NCBI GenBank assembly: GCA_963422205.2
Contig: CAXMWX010000001.1
Span: 64,001-128,000 of the forward strand
Source of the DNA: Gammaproteobacteria bacterium
GTDB lineage: Bacteria > Pseudomonadota > Gammaproteobacteria > Eutrophobiales > Eutrophobiaceae
Length of the DNA stretch: 64,000 bases
Direction of reading: 5' to 3'
Shown here: piece after piece, positions 1 through 13,956 of the stretch
How positions within the stretch are numbered: the stretch's first letter is position 1
Layout of the letters: each line of letters opens with the position of its first letter
Made by a program: the position numbers and the translations under genes
The notes under the pieces: generated by a model
What the model was told of the DNA's origin: nothing
Database searches by the model: none
What the model saw: the letters and a program-made list of their open reading frames with translations, nothing else

Positions 1-916
1 TGCCATCGATATCGGCAATGCCGGCCATGCCCGCACGCCCGAAGGCGTCCAGGATGGTGCCTCTGACATGGGGGAAGACATACGGCTGCCCCTGGCTGGC
101 CTGGACCTTGTCCTGATAGGCGATTGATGCGGTGCGGTGTCCCCAGCCCTTGATCCTGGGGATGCTCGTCACCGGTACGCCCCGCCCTTTGGCATAGTGT
201 TTTGCATACTCAGCCGAGGCGAGAAACACGACCGCACACCCATCGGTGATCTGCCCGCAGTCCTGCTTGCGAATGCGCCCATCGATCACCGGGTTGGCCG
301 TATCGTGCTGACGGAAGCTGTCGGCATTAAATTGCCAGCGTCGCGTCTGTGCATTGGGGTTGCGCTTTGCATTGGCGAAATTGATTTGCGCGATGGCGGC
401 CAGATGCTCATGTTTCAGGCCGTAGCGCTTATCGTACTCATCGCCCAGCTTGCCGAACAGGTGCGGCCAGGGGTATTTTACGTCAATACATTCATGGCCG
501 CTCCACAGCGCCGGGCCGCCGATATACTGCACCGCTTGATCGCCCGGCACGTTACGCATCTGCTCAATGCCGATGACGGCGGCCAGGGCATAGCGACCGG
601 CTTCAATATCGGCGCTGGCGGCCAGCAGAGCCAGGCTCCCCGAAGCACAGGCGCCCTCATGGCGGGCGGCGGGCAGCCCATCAAAGGCGGGGTGGCTGGC
701 GGCAAAAAAACCGCCCAGATGCCCCTGGTTACAAAACAACTCGGCGGCGAAATTGCCGATGTGGGCAACCTGAATGTCCGCCGGGTCTATGCTGGCGCTG
801 TCCAGCGCACAGGCCAGGGTTGCCTTGAAACAAGCAAAAATCTCCTGCCCCTCACGCGCCCAGTTGGCGGCAAAATCCGTTTGGTATCCGCCCAGGATAA
901 AGGTCTCACCAGACAT
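1..916 (-). CDS. thiolase-family protein (acetyl-CoA acetyltransferase, SCP-x/Rv0914c-like); 3' end runs off the window
   Basis: Not in the ORF track because it has no stop in the window. Manual minus-strand translation from ATG 916 (RBS GAGGA upstream) gives MSGETFILGGYQTDFAANWAREG...GNFAAELFCNQGHLGG...RHEGACASGSLALLAASADIEAGRY...GIEQM, with the thiolase EGACASG active-site Cys. Confidence 0.85.
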   Translation of the reverse strand, partial: MSGETFILGGYQTDFAANWAREGQEIFACFKATLACALDSASIDPADIQVAHIGNFAAELFCNQGHLGGFFAASHPAFDGLPAARHEGACASGSLALLAASADIEAGRYALAAVIGIEQMRNVPGDQAVQYIGGPALWSGHECIDVKYPWPHLFGKLGDEYDKRYGLKHEHLAAIAQINFANAKRNPNAQTRRWQFNADSFRQHDTANPVIDGRIRKQDCGQITDGCAVVFLASAEYAKHYAKGRGVPVTSIPRIKGWGHRTASIAYQDKVQASQGQPYVFPHVRGTILDAFGRAGMAGIADIDG

Positions 917-1045
917 GCCGGAATCCTCAAAAAATAACTTAAAAACAGCAGCTTATCGCCTTACTCGCCGCGCCGAAACAGTACCTGAAGCACCCTCCGG
1001 TTACACTTCACAGAGCAAAGCGACCAGCGCATTGATCGCCACGCC

Positions 1046-1075
1046 TTGACATAAGCTGTGCAAGGGTATTTACTT
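1046..1075 (+). promoter_or_regulatory. possible sigma70 promoter for the TonB receptor operon
   Basis: Perfect TTGACA at 1046-1051; only a weak AT-rich -10 candidate (TATTTACT, 1067-1074). Confidence 0.35.
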
Positions 1076-1083
1076 ATCGCCTA

Positions 1084-1106
1084 GTTACTTGCATAAAAAG
1101 ACTAAC
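1084..1106. promoter_or_regulatory. putative operator, copy 1 (GTTACTTGCATAAAAAGACTAAC)
   Basis: Core 1087-1103 is the exact reverse complement of 25495-25511. It lies between the divergent thiolase and TonB receptor genes. Confidence 0.75.
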
Positions 1107-1138
1107 CAGGCAGTGGCATTCTCCACTGTCCCCAGGTG

Positions 1139-1174
1139 TGAGTCAATGGGCATGAGTCAATGGGTGCAAGTCAA
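1139..1174 (+). repeat. 14-bp-period tandem repeat (TGAGTCAATGGG x2 plus a partial third copy)
   Basis: TGAGTCAATGGG at 1139-1150 and 1153-1164; AGTCAA at 1141, 1155 and 1169. Confidence 0.8.
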
Positions 1175-1211
1175 CAGCGTTGAACGTATAACTTCAGGAG
1201 GTAAGATAACC

Positions 1212-3482
1212 ATGCAGGCACACAAGCTAACCCTCGCCGCTCTTATCACCACGTGCATCCTCGGCGGGGCACCCGTCAGAGCAGATGACACCGGGGCCGA
1301 TGACCAGGCCGATGAAGCGGCTGTTTTTTTGATTGAGGAGATCACCGTCACGGCGCAAAAGCGCGAGCAATCTGTGCAGGAGGTGCCGATTGCCATCTCG
1401 GCCTACGATGCGCGTACCCTGGAGGCCATCAAGGCGGTCAGTATGGATGATATTGCCATCAGAGTGCCGAATTTTACCATGATGCAATTCAATATTGCCG
1501 AGCCGCGTTATTTCATTCGCGGCCTTGGCAGCAGCTCGGACTCGGCGGGCAGTGATCCCACCGTGGCGGTGTTTTTAGATGAGGTCTATATTGGGCGCGG
1601 TGGGGCATCGAATTTTGATTTTTTTGATCTGGAACGCATTGAAGTGTTGCGTGGCCCGCAGGGGACGCTGTTCGGTCGCAATACTTCCGGCGGCGCCTTG
1701 AGCGTGATCACCAAAAAGCCCAGCCTGGATAGCCGCCATGCGAAATGGCAGGTCGGTTACGGCAACAAGAACGCGGTGGAGGTACGTGCAGTCGGCAATC
1801 TTCCGGTGGCGCTGAATGCGGCTGTCAAGGGCGCAATTTCCTATCGCCGCCGCGATGGCTTCTCCAGGCATATCGAAACGGACGCCGAACTACAGGATGC
1901 GGAGAATATCAGCGGTCGGGCGCAGGCCTTGTTTGAGCCGACTGCTGACACCCGCCTGCTGCTCAGCGCTGACTATGCCCAGGATGACACCAAAGGCAAT
2001 GCCCGCGTGCCTTTTCCGGTGAGTAGCACTGGCAATGCCTTCGCCCCCGCCCTGTCAGCGGCGGTGAATGCGGTCTACCCGCCGGGCAGCAGCGTGCGGC
2101 GATCGTTCTCCAAGCCCGAGTCCTATCAAGACCGGAAGATCTATGGCCTGATGGCACGCCTTGAACATGAGGCCGCCTACGGGCTTTGGACGGCGATCAG
2201 CAGCTACCGCAAAACCCGCTACGGCTGGTTTGAAGACTTATCTACCGCCGCCGGTGCGGGTGGCTTGCTGAACGATGATATCACCGCCGAGAAATCCAGC
2301 CAGCTCAGCGCAGAAGTGCGCCTTGCATCGCTGACAGACAGCGAGGTTCAATGGGTGGCGGGTGCGTATTTTTTAAGCGAAGAGGTGGATCGCAGTGAGC
2401 GGTTTGTGCTTGATTTCCTGTCGCCGTTGTTGGCTTTCAAGGCGCTGCCCTCCCGCAACGGCCCGCCGCTGGATGCCGATGGCGATGTGACCTTCACCCA
2501 GGCGAGCGATAACGACAGCTATGCTGTCTTCGGCCAGCTGACCTGGCCATTGACGGCACAGCTTAGTGTGACTGGCGGCCTGCGCTTCACTCGAGATGAG
2601 AAGGAGATTCATCAGGTGGCGGTGGATAATGCCCAAGATGATCCCAACCCGGGCGTGCCACTGTTCCCTGGTCAGCCCTATGATCTGAATGGTGAGGACT
2701 CCTGGAATGCGCTCACGGGCCGGGCGGGGCTGGAGTACACCACCGCCGCCGGTCATCTGCTCTGGGCGGCGGTTAGCCGAGGTTACAAATCCGGCGTCTT
2801 CCCAAGCCAGAACAACGTATTGCAAAGCGTGAATACGGCATTGGCGCCGGAGAAGGTATGGAACTATGAGGTGGGACTTAAAAGCGACTGGCTGGATGGG
2901 CGCCTGCGCCTTAACGCCACCGGCTTCTACACCGATTATAAAGACCTGCAGCAATTTCTGCTGACGCCGACCTTGATCCTCGTCACCTTCAATGTGGATG
3001 CCCGGATTCTGGGGGCGGAGTTGGAGACCGTCATGGCACCGTTTGCCGGGGTGCAACTGGGCGCCACGGCCTCTTTTATCGACACGGAAATCAAAAACTA
3101 CATGCCCGTTCCCAATCGGCCGATCAGCGGCCTGGCATCGGGCAATGAACTGGCACAGGCGCCCAGGACCTCATTTAACCTGTTCGGCAGCTATGAGACA
3201 CCGCTTGCCAATGGCCTGGCGTCCATGCGGCTGAATTATTCCTGGCGCGATGACTTTTTCAATTCGGTGACCAATCGGGCGGTCAACCTTATCCCCGGCT
3301 ACGGCCTGCTGGATGCTCGCCTTGCCTACCGCTGGGACAACGGCATGGAAATCGCCTTGTGGGGGAAGAACCTGACCGATGCAGAATACCAAAGCCATAC
3401 CATCGGGTTTCTGGGCAGTGGCTTCTCACTCTTTGGCCCGCCCCGAACCTTCGGCGTGACCTTCACGGCGACCTATGATTGA
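1212..3482 (+). CDS. TonB-dependent receptor
   Basis: RBS AGGAGG before ATG 1212; signal peptide; TonB box IEEITVTAQKRE; plug motif ERIEVLRGPQGTLFGRN; beta-barrel C-terminus PRTFGVTFTATYD. Confidence 0.95.
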   Translation: MQAHKLTLAALITTCILGGAPVRADDTGADDQADEAAVFLIEEITVTAQKREQSVQEVPIAISAYDARTLEAIKAVSMDDIAIRVPNFTMMQFNIAEPRYFIRGLGSSSDSAGSDPTVAVFLDEVYIGRGGASNFDFFDLERIEVLRGPQGTLFGRNTSGGALSVITKKPSLDSRHAKWQVGYGNKNAVEVRAVGNLPVALNAAVKGAISYRRRDGFSRHIETDAELQDAENISGRAQALFEPTADTRLLLSADYAQDDTKGNARVPFPVSSTGNAFAPALSAAVNAVYPPGSSVRRSFSKPESYQDRKIYGLMARLEHEAAYGLWTAISSYRKTRYGWFEDLSTAAGAGGLLNDDITAEKSSQLSAEVRLASLTDSEVQWVAGAYFLSEEVDRSERFVLDFLSPLLAFKALPSRNGPPLDADGDVTFTQASDNDSYAVFGQLTWPLTAQLSVTGGLRFTRDEKEIHQVAVDNAQDDPNPGVPLFPGQPYDLNGEDSWNALTGRAGLEYTTAAGHLLWAAVSRGYKSGVFPSQNNVLQSVNTALAPEKVWNYEVGLKSDWLDGRLRLNATGFYTDYKDLQQFLLTPTLILVTFNVDARILGAELETVMAPFAGVQLGATASFIDTEIKNYMPVPNRPISGLASGNELAQAPRTSFNLFGSYETPLANGLASMRLNYSWRDDFFNSVTNRAVNLIPGYGLLDARLAYRWDNGMEIALWGKNLTDAEYQSHTIGFLGSGFSLFGPPRTFGVTFTATYD

Positions 3483-3538
3483 GTTTGGGGCGCAGCATTG
3501 CCTGTCACATCCTGCCACAGTCCGCCGTTGGTCAAGCG

Positions 3539-4561
3539 ATGACTGAGGCTATCCCATGCCAGGGGAAGCGGCTGGGTACTCGGCTCAGCCTGCCGCTGAT
3601 CGTAGCGCCCATGTTTTTGGTGTCCGGGCCACAGTTGGTGATCGCCGCCTGTCGTTGCGGCGTCATCGGCAGCTTCCCGGCAACCAATGCGCGCTCGCTG
3701 GCTATCTATGGCGACTGGCTGGAGCAGATCACGCAAGCATTGCAAACAGCATCGCCGCTGGCACCGGCCGAGGCGCTCGCGCCCTGGGCGGCCAATCTGA
3801 TCGTACACAGCTCCTATCGGCGCTTGGCGGCCGAGCTGGCGTTGGTCAGGCGCTATCAGCCGCCCATCGTGATCACCGCCCTGGGCAGCCCGGCGGCGGT
3901 CATCGATAGTGTGCATGCCTACGGCGGCCTGGTGCTTGCCGATGTCAACACTGTGGCGTTTGCCCGCAAGGCGGCTGCGGCCGGGGTGGATGGTCTGGTG
4001 CTGGTGTGCAATGGTGCGGGGGGGCATACGGGCGAGTTATCGGCGTTCGTGTTCGTCTCACAGGTGAGGGAGTTTTTTGATGGCATCATCGTGCTTGCCG
4101 GCGGGATCAGCGATGGCCGGGCTATCCGGGCGGCAGAAGTCCTGGGTGCAGATCTCGCCTACATGGGCACCTCGTTTATCGCCACAGATGAGAGCCTGGC
4201 GAGCGAGGATTATAAAAAGATGGTCGTTGAGGCCGGGCCGGCGGATCTGATGTTATCGTCTGCCTTTACCGGTGCTAATGCGTATTATCTGCGGCAGAGT
4301 ATCGTGCGTACCGGGCTGGCGCCGGATAAATTGCCCACCAGGGATGGGCCCGCCAAGGATGGGATGGATCTGTCCCATGCCGAACAACAGATCAAGGCCT
4401 GGCGGGATATCTGGTCAGCCGGACAGGGAGTGGGCACGGTGGATGGCGTCAGCACAACGGCTGAACTGGTGGCTAAATTCAAGCGGCAGTACGCTGCCGC
4501 CGTGAGTCTGGATAGCAAAGCGATGGATGGGCCCGGTGCTGCCTGCCAGCACTTGAGATGA
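3539..4561 (+). CDS. nitronate monooxygenase family FMN oxidoreductase
   Basis: PLIVAPMFLVSG, GAGGHTG (catalytic His), LAGGISDG, AYMGTSFIAT, KAWRDIWSAGQGV. Start taken at ATG 3539 (ORF track opens at 3479). Confidence 0.9.
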   Translation: MTEAIPCQGKRLGTRLSLPLIVAPMFLVSGPQLVIAACRCGVIGSFPATNARSLAIYGDWLEQITQALQTASPLAPAEALAPWAANLIVHSSYRRLAAELALVRRYQPPIVITALGSPAAVIDSVHAYGGLVLADVNTVAFARKAAAAGVDGLVLVCNGAGGHTGELSAFVFVSQVREFFDGIIVLAGGISDGRAIRAAEVLGADLAYMGTSFIATDESLASEDYKKMVVEAGPADLMLSSAFTGANAYYLRQSIVRTGLAPDKLPTRDGPAKDGMDLSHAEQQIKAWRDIWSAGQGVGTVDGVSTTAELVAKFKRQYAAAVSLDSKAMDGPGAACQHLR

Positions 4562-4670
4562 GCGCTGCGGCAAGCTGCCTGCCATGCCCGTCTGCTCATG
4601 CCTGTGCTGGTGCGATGATGCTGACCGGGCATCTGCTTTGATGAATATACGTACATAAAAGGTGGCTGGT

Positions 4671-6194
4671 ATGACGATGAACCCCGAATCGCTGGCGTTG
4701 ACAGCGCGCAGCATCAGAACGACCGATAAAGACGGGCGCCTGCCTCCAGATGCGCCGGACTGGATTTACGGGATTGATAATCCTTACCTGCATGGTTTTT
4801 ATGCGCCTGTAACCAGAGAAGTGCAGGCCAGCGAATTTGCGATCAGCGGGGAGATCCCCTCAGACCTGCATGGTGCTTATGTCAGGAACAGCCCCAACCC
4901 GATGTTCAAGCCGATCACCCCTTATCACCCCTTTGATGGCGATGGCATGTTGAGCGCTGTCGTGTTTCGTGATGGTCAGGTGCTGTCCTATGCCAACCGC
5001 TGGATAGAGACTGCTTCTCTCAAACAGGAAAGGGCAGAGGGCAGGGCCATCTGGCCTGGTGTGATGGGGCCGTATGATTTCTCCCTGCCGTATTTTCCGA
5101 TCAAGGACACGGCCAATACCGATGTGGTCTTGTTCAACAAAGAATTGCTGGCGCTGTGGTATATGAGCGGCGTGCCGTATGCGATTGACCCGGTGACCCT
5201 GCAAACCAAAGGCGCACAGACGTTTAACGGCATGCTGGATCGCAGCATATCAGCGCATTGCCGGGTAGATTTGCACAGCGGCGAGATGCTGTTTTTTCAC
5301 TACGGCGATGAGCCGCCTTATATGGTGTACTATGTGGCCAGTACCGAGGGCAAGATCACCAACCAAGTGGCGGTGGATCTGCCCGGCCCGCGCTCCCCGC
5401 ATGAGATCGGCATCACGCAGCATTACTCCATCCTGCATGACTTTCCCTTCTTTCACGATACGGCTATTTTGCGCCGCCACAACAAGCGGGTGGTGGCTTT
5501 TCATTCGGATATGCCCGCCCGCTTCGGCATCATTCCCCGGCATGGCGGGGCGGATGAGATCACCTGGTTTGCGTGTACGCCTTGTTACATGCTGCACAGC
5601 GTCAATGCCTGGGAGGAGGGCGAGTGGATCATCATGGATGGGTGTCGTTCAACCAATCCCATGCCCAGGCCCAACCGGGACAACGGCGAGTTATCGCACA
5701 TGCTGGCGTACATGGTGGTGGAGGCGAGCCTGTATCGCTGGCGTTTTAACTTGAGAACCGGGGAAGTCAGGGAAGAACCGATCTGTGATCTGAATACCGA
5801 GTTCCCCAAGATCAACCCGCTGTATGTGGGTCGTAAATCAAAATACACCTACATACAGCGCATCCCCAGGGCCGATGAGGGCGGCAAGACCTTGGCCTTC
5901 ACTGCCTTGATGAAGTATAACTGTGATAAGGGTACATATCAGAAATGGGAGTATGGCGAGGGCGTGTACGGCAGCGAGGCGGTCTTTGCCCCACGCAAGG
6001 GCGCCCGCTTGGACGATGCCGAGGACGATGGCTATGTGATCACATTCACCACCGATGCCAACACCTGGCAGTCCGCGTGCTTGATCTTCGATGCCAGGGA
6101 TATCTCGCCCGGACCGATCGCCCGCATCGCCCTGCCGCAGCGTTCAGGATTCGGCTTTCACGCCAACTGGTTGCGCGGCGAGGAGTTGTTTTAA
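4671..6194 (+). CDS. carotenoid cleavage oxygenase / lignostilbene dioxygenase (RPE65) family protein
   Basis: YHPFDGDGM motif and four Fe-binding His in the expected contexts (SAHC, PHEIG, LHSVNAWE, GFHANW); EFP and SEAVF second-sphere Glu. Confidence 0.93.
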   Translation: MTMNPESLALTARSIRTTDKDGRLPPDAPDWIYGIDNPYLHGFYAPVTREVQASEFAISGEIPSDLHGAYVRNSPNPMFKPITPYHPFDGDGMLSAVVFRDGQVLSYANRWIETASLKQERAEGRAIWPGVMGPYDFSLPYFPIKDTANTDVVLFNKELLALWYMSGVPYAIDPVTLQTKGAQTFNGMLDRSISAHCRVDLHSGEMLFFHYGDEPPYMVYYVASTEGKITNQVAVDLPGPRSPHEIGITQHYSILHDFPFFHDTAILRRHNKRVVAFHSDMPARFGIIPRHGGADEITWFACTPCYMLHSVNAWEEGEWIIMDGCRSTNPMPRPNRDNGELSHMLAYMVVEASLYRWRFNLRTGEVREEPICDLNTEFPKINPLYVGRKSKYTYIQRIPRADEGGKTLAFTALMKYNCDKGTYQKWEYGEGVYGSEAVFAPRKGARLDDAEDDGYVITFTTDANTWQSACLIFDARDISPGPIARIALPQRSGFGFHANWLRGEELF

Positions 6195-6283
6195 CCCGCA
6201 GCACCGCCGGGATGTTGCACTTCTTATCGCCTAGCCTGTGCGGCGGCCAGATGCCCCCAGATGCCTATGCTGGGCGATACGTT

Positions 6284-6778
6284 CTACCCCTCGCTATCTG
6301 CCCGATGCACTGCATCGATGAGCGCAACAGCGTGTACGGCGATCCCTTCCCGTCGGCCAATATAGCCCATGGTCTCGTTCGTGGTCGCCTTGAGGTTGAC
6401 GGCATCTGGCGGCACGTCCATGTCCGCCGCCAGGTTATCCTGCATGGCGGCCAGGTGCGGTGCCAGTTTGGGCGCCTGAGCGATGATCGTGATATCGGCA
6501 TTGATGATTCGGTAGTTATCCCGTTGCAGGCGGGCGATGATATCACGCAGCAGGATACGGCTGTCTATGTTCGCCAGCGTATCGTCCGTGTCCGGGTACC
6601 AGCGGCCAATATCGCCGAGGCCCGCTGCCCCCAGCACGGCATCACACAGCGCATGGATGACCACATCGCCATCGGAATGGGCCAGCATGCCGCGATCGTA
6701 TGGTACGGTAACGCCGCCGAGGATCAACGGCGCATCCTGACAAAACTGATGCGTATCATAGCCATGTCCTATACGCAT
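6284..6778 (-). CDS. ispF: 2-C-methyl-D-erythritol 2,4-cyclodiphosphate synthase
   Basis: MRIGHGYDTH, HSDGDV, LGDIG, KATTNE motifs. Confidence 0.97.
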   Translation of the reverse strand: MRIGHGYDTHQFCQDAPLILGGVTVPYDRGMLAHSDGDVVIHALCDAVLGAAGLGDIGRWYPDTDDTLANIDSRILLRDIIARLQRDNYRIINADITIIAQAPKLAPHLAAMQDNLAADMDVPPDAVNLKATTNETMGYIGRREGIAVHAVALIDAVHRADSEG

Positions 6779-7482
6779 GGGCTGCTGTCCTTCCCGCGCA
6801 GATAAAATGCGGCCAACGCCACATCCTCTGCATGAGTCACCTTGATGTTATGCCTGCCACAGGCGATCAGCTTCGGCCTCATGCCCAGCCGCTCCATGGC
6901 CTGCATCTCATCGGTAACGATGACGTTATCATCCATCGCCTGTTGCAGGGCGGCCTTTAAGCGGCCTAAGCGAAACATCTGTGGCGTCATGGCATGCCAT
7001 AGCTGTTCCCGTGCTACCGTCTCGATCACCTCACGTTCGGCATTGGTGCGTTTCATGGTATCTGTGACCGGCACACCCAGGGCACCGCCCACCGGGTGTC
7101 CTGTCAGGGTGTCAATCAGCCGGTCGATATCGGCCGGTGTGATGCACGGCCTGGCGGCATCATGCACCAGCACCCAGTCGTCCTTATCGGCCTGTCTCTC
7201 CAACGCCAGCAGCCCATTGAGCACGGAATGACAGCGCTGCTGCCCGCCATCGGCACGGCTGATCTTCTCATGGCCGGCCAGCGCCAGGTGCGGCCAATAC
7301 GCATCAGCCGCAGCAGTGACCACAACGATGCCACATATCGCCTCATGTTCGCAGAACGGCCGCAGCGCATGTTCGATGATGGTCTTATCGTTAATGGTCA
7401 AATACGGCTTGGGTCGGTCGGCATCCATGCGGCTGCCCGTCCCGGCGGCGGGGATCAGCGCCCAGCAGACCGCCTCACTCAT
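6769..7482 (-). CDS. ispD: 2-C-methyl-D-erythritol 4-phosphate cytidylyltransferase
   Basis: IPAAGTGSRM, VLVHDAARP, TPQMF, NIKVT; lies between ftsB and ispF. Confidence 0.96.
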   Translation of the reverse strand: MSEAVCWALIPAAGTGSRMDADRPKPYLTINDKTIIEHALRPFCEHEAICGIVVVTAAADAYWPHLALAGHEKISRADGGQQRCHSVLNGLLALERQADKDDWVLVHDAARPCITPADIDRLIDTLTGHPVGGALGVPVTDTMKRTNAEREVIETVAREQLWHAMTPQMFRLGRLKAALQQAMDDNVIVTDEMQAMERLGMRPKLIACGRHNIKVTHAEDVALAAFYLRGKDSSPCV

Positions 7483-7774
7483 GGCTGGCATCGGTGGCCT
7501 GATCCTCCTCAATCACCCGGTAGAACACTTCGCCCTGGCGGATCAGCCCCAGCTCACTTCTGGCCCGTTCTTCGATGGCAGCAAACCCGTGTTTTAAGTC
7601 CATCACCTCGGCGGCAAGTGCCTGATTTCTCCTCAGCAGACGATGATTTTCCTGCCGTTGTGCCTGTTTTATCTGCTCTAAGTGGCGTACATCCTGAATG
7701 CCACCGACGCTGAACCACAGGCGAAATTGCAGTAATGCCAGGATGATGAGCAGGATCATGTTACAGATTTTCAT
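7475..7774 (-). CDS. ftsB: cell division protein FtsB
   Basis: N-terminal TM, LQFRLW, coiled coil, IEERARSELG; conserved eno-ftsB-ispD synteny. Confidence 0.93.
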   Translation of the reverse strand: MKICNMILLIILALLQFRLWFSVGGIQDVRHLEQIKQAQRQENHRLLRRNQALAAEVMDLKHGFAAIEERARSELGLIRQGEVFYRVIEEDQATDASHE

Positions 7775-7780
7775 CGGGGT

Positions 7781-9085
<1,305 letters not shown>

Positions 9086-9089
9086 TCAC

Positions 9090-11553
<2,464 letters not shown>

Positions 11554-12136
11554 TCATTCCCGGCGTTGTCATGCTCGATGTGGGGCGATTCAGCGGCCAG
11601 GCCAAGTACCGGAAGGCGGCTGGATGGCGAAGAACCGTTATCGGTTGGGGAAGCGGGTGTAAATTGGCACATGAGACGGGCGTGTATGCTAACAGAATAT
11701 CACCGGCTTGTCTTGGCCTTGGCCTGTCCCTTCGCCGGTCGGGGGGTCGAAGGGCGATCCTCATCAGGCTGCATCGCCGCAAAATGAAACAGCCGGGTGG
11801 CATCCGCGCTGGCAGGGGGTATAAGATATGATTGCCCACAGGCTGGCATGGTCGCGTTTCTCTGTAGGGCATGGTGTGCAGACTGTAAGCGGATGCACTA
11901 TCCGGCCGGGCGCATCGGATGATCCGGCGTGTGAACAAGGCATGCGGTGGTTGACAGGCCGGTGATTTATGGACTTGAGCGGGGCTTTTCACAATAATAA
12001 GGCCACAGGCGCATTGCCCGGCGGGCTGTTGCAACGGCGTGGCCAGCGTAGCCATGAGCCGCAGCATGATGCAACGGGCAGAATGCTGGCAGGGCAGTGA
12101 ATGTTCTGTCATCACGTAACTAACGGGGATATATCC

Positions 12137-13810
12137 ATGTCTGATATTGAAATAGCGCAACGAGCAAAAAAACAGCCGATCATTGAACTTGCCAGGCAAC
12201 ACTATGGTATTGCCAGTGAGCATCTGGCGCCTTACGGTCATTACAAAGCCAAATTGTCGCTGGAGTATATCGACAGCCTGAAAGACAGGCCGGATGGCAA
12301 GTTGATACTCACCACGGCCATCAGCCCCACGCCAGCGGGTGAGGGCAAGACCACGACCACGGTGGGCCTGGGCGATGCCATGAATCGCATAGGCAAGCAG
12401 ACCATCATCTGCCTGCGCGAGCCATCCTTAGGGCCGTGTTTCGGTGTGAAGGGCGGTGCCGCCGGCGGTGGTTATGCCCAGGTGGTGCCGATGGAGGATA
12501 TTAATCTGCATTTCACCGGCGACTTCCACGCCATCGGGGCGGCGCATAATCTGCTGGCGGCCATGCTGGACAACCACATCCATCAGGGCAACCGCCTGAA
12601 CATCGATCCTCGCCTGATCGCCTGGAAGCGGGTGGTCGATATGAACGATCGGGCATTGCGTAAGACCATCATCGCCCTGGGCGGTGCGGCCAACGGCTTC
12701 CCGCGTGAAGATGGCTACGATATCACGGTGGCCTCGGAAGTGATGGCGATTTTCTGCCTGGCAACTTCGCTGGCTGATATGAAGGCCCGGCTGGGCAATA
12801 TCGTTGTCGGCTATACACAGGGTGACAAAAAGCCGGTGCTGGCATCTGATCTGAAGGCCCACGGGGCGATGGCCGCTTTGCTCAAAGACGCCATCAAGCC
12901 GAATCTGGTGCAGACCTTAGAGAGAAATCTGGCCTTTGTTCACGGCGGTCCGTTTGCCAATATTGCCCACGGTTGCAACAGCGTGAATGCGACACAGACG
13001 GCGTTAAAACTGGCCGATTATGTGATCACGGAAGCGGGTTTTGGGGCGGATCTCGGGGCCGAGAAATTCATCGATATCAAATGCCGCATGGCCGGGCTGC
13101 AACCGGCCGCCGTGGTGCTGGTCGCCACCATTCGTGCCATGAAGTATCACGGGGGTATCAGCAGGGAGGCGCTAAACAACGAAGACCTGAAGGCGCTGGA
13201 TAGGGGGCTGGTCAATCTGGAGCGGCATTTTAATAACATCCGGCAACACTACGCGCTGCCGTGTATCGTTTGCATCAATCACTTCACGCAAGACACCGAG
13301 GCGGAAGTGGCGCTGTTAAAACAGCGGGTGGAATCCCTAGGGGGGACGGCGGTTATCGCCAGACACTGGGCCGAGGGCGGGGCGGGTGCTGAGGGGCTGG
13401 CCCGTGTGGTTGCTGATGTGGTGGATAATCAGCCGGGCACACACCAGTACGTTTATCCGCAAACGGCCAGCTTGTGGGAGAAAATAGCCGCGGTGGCGAG
13501 CAAGATCTACGGTGCTGGCGGGATCACGGCCAGCCGCAAGGTGAGGGCCGAGATTGATAAACTCAATGCAGAATACGGCGACTATCCGGTGTGCCTGGCC
13601 AAAACGCAGATGTCTTTCAGCACCGACCCCGGGTTACGTGGCGCACCGGATGGGCATACCGTGGAGATCAGTGCGGTTCGCCCGGCCTGTGGGGCGGGGT
13701 TTATTGTTGCCATTGCCGGGAATATGATGACCATGCCGGGGCTGCCAAAAGTACCGGCAGCAGAGCAGATCGATGTGGATGATAACGGCCATATCAGCGG
13801 CTTGTTCTAA
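12137..13810 (+). CDS. fhs: formate--tetrahydrofolate ligase
   Basis: MSDIEIAQ start, [51 protein letters not shown]. Confidence 0.98.
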   Translation: MSDIEIAQRAKKQPIIELARQHYGIASEHLAPYGHYKAKLSLEYIDSLKDRPDGKLILTTAISPTPAGEGKTTTTVGLGDAMNRIGKQTIICLREPSLGPCFGVKGGAAGGGYAQVVPMEDINLHFTGDFHAIGAAHNLLAAMLDNHIHQGNRLNIDPRLIAWKRVVDMNDRALRKTIIALGGAANGFPREDGYDITVASEVMAIFCLATSLADMKARLGNIVVGYTQGDKKPVLASDLKAHGAMAALLKDAIKPNLVQTLERNLAFVHGGPFANIAHGCNSVNATQTALKLADYVITEAGFGADLGAEKFIDIKCRMAGLQPAAVVLVATIRAMKYHGGISREALNNEDLKALDRGLVNLERHFNNIRQHYALPCIVCINHFTQDTEAEVALLKQRVESLGGTAVIARHWAEGGAGAEGLARVVADVVDNQPGTHQYVYPQTASLWEKIAAVASKIYGAGGITASRKVRAEIDKLNAEYGDYPVCLAKTQMSFSTDPGLRGAPDGHTVEISAVRPACGAGFIVAIAGNMMTMPGLPKVPAAEQIDVDDNGHISGLF

Positions 13811-13956
13811 TTGATTGGCTCTGGCTGACTTGTTCTGGTCGGCTTGTTCTAGTCTATACTCGCTCTGGGTCGGCCATCGCCAGGCCAGCATGCGGGGCCG
13901 GGTGAGGCTGTTGGTCAATCTCTTCGTTATCCGATCTCTCTGCTATCTGATTTGGG

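Noticed and set aside
137-937. 266-aa plus-strand ORF
   Set aside because: Antisense shadow of the minus-strand thiolase, which has clear motifs and an RBS.
13798-13851. 12-bp direct repeat CGGCTTGTTCTA at the fhs 3' end, as a possible att site
   Set aside because: The copies are only 42 bp apart with no mobile genes; more likely a local micro-duplication.
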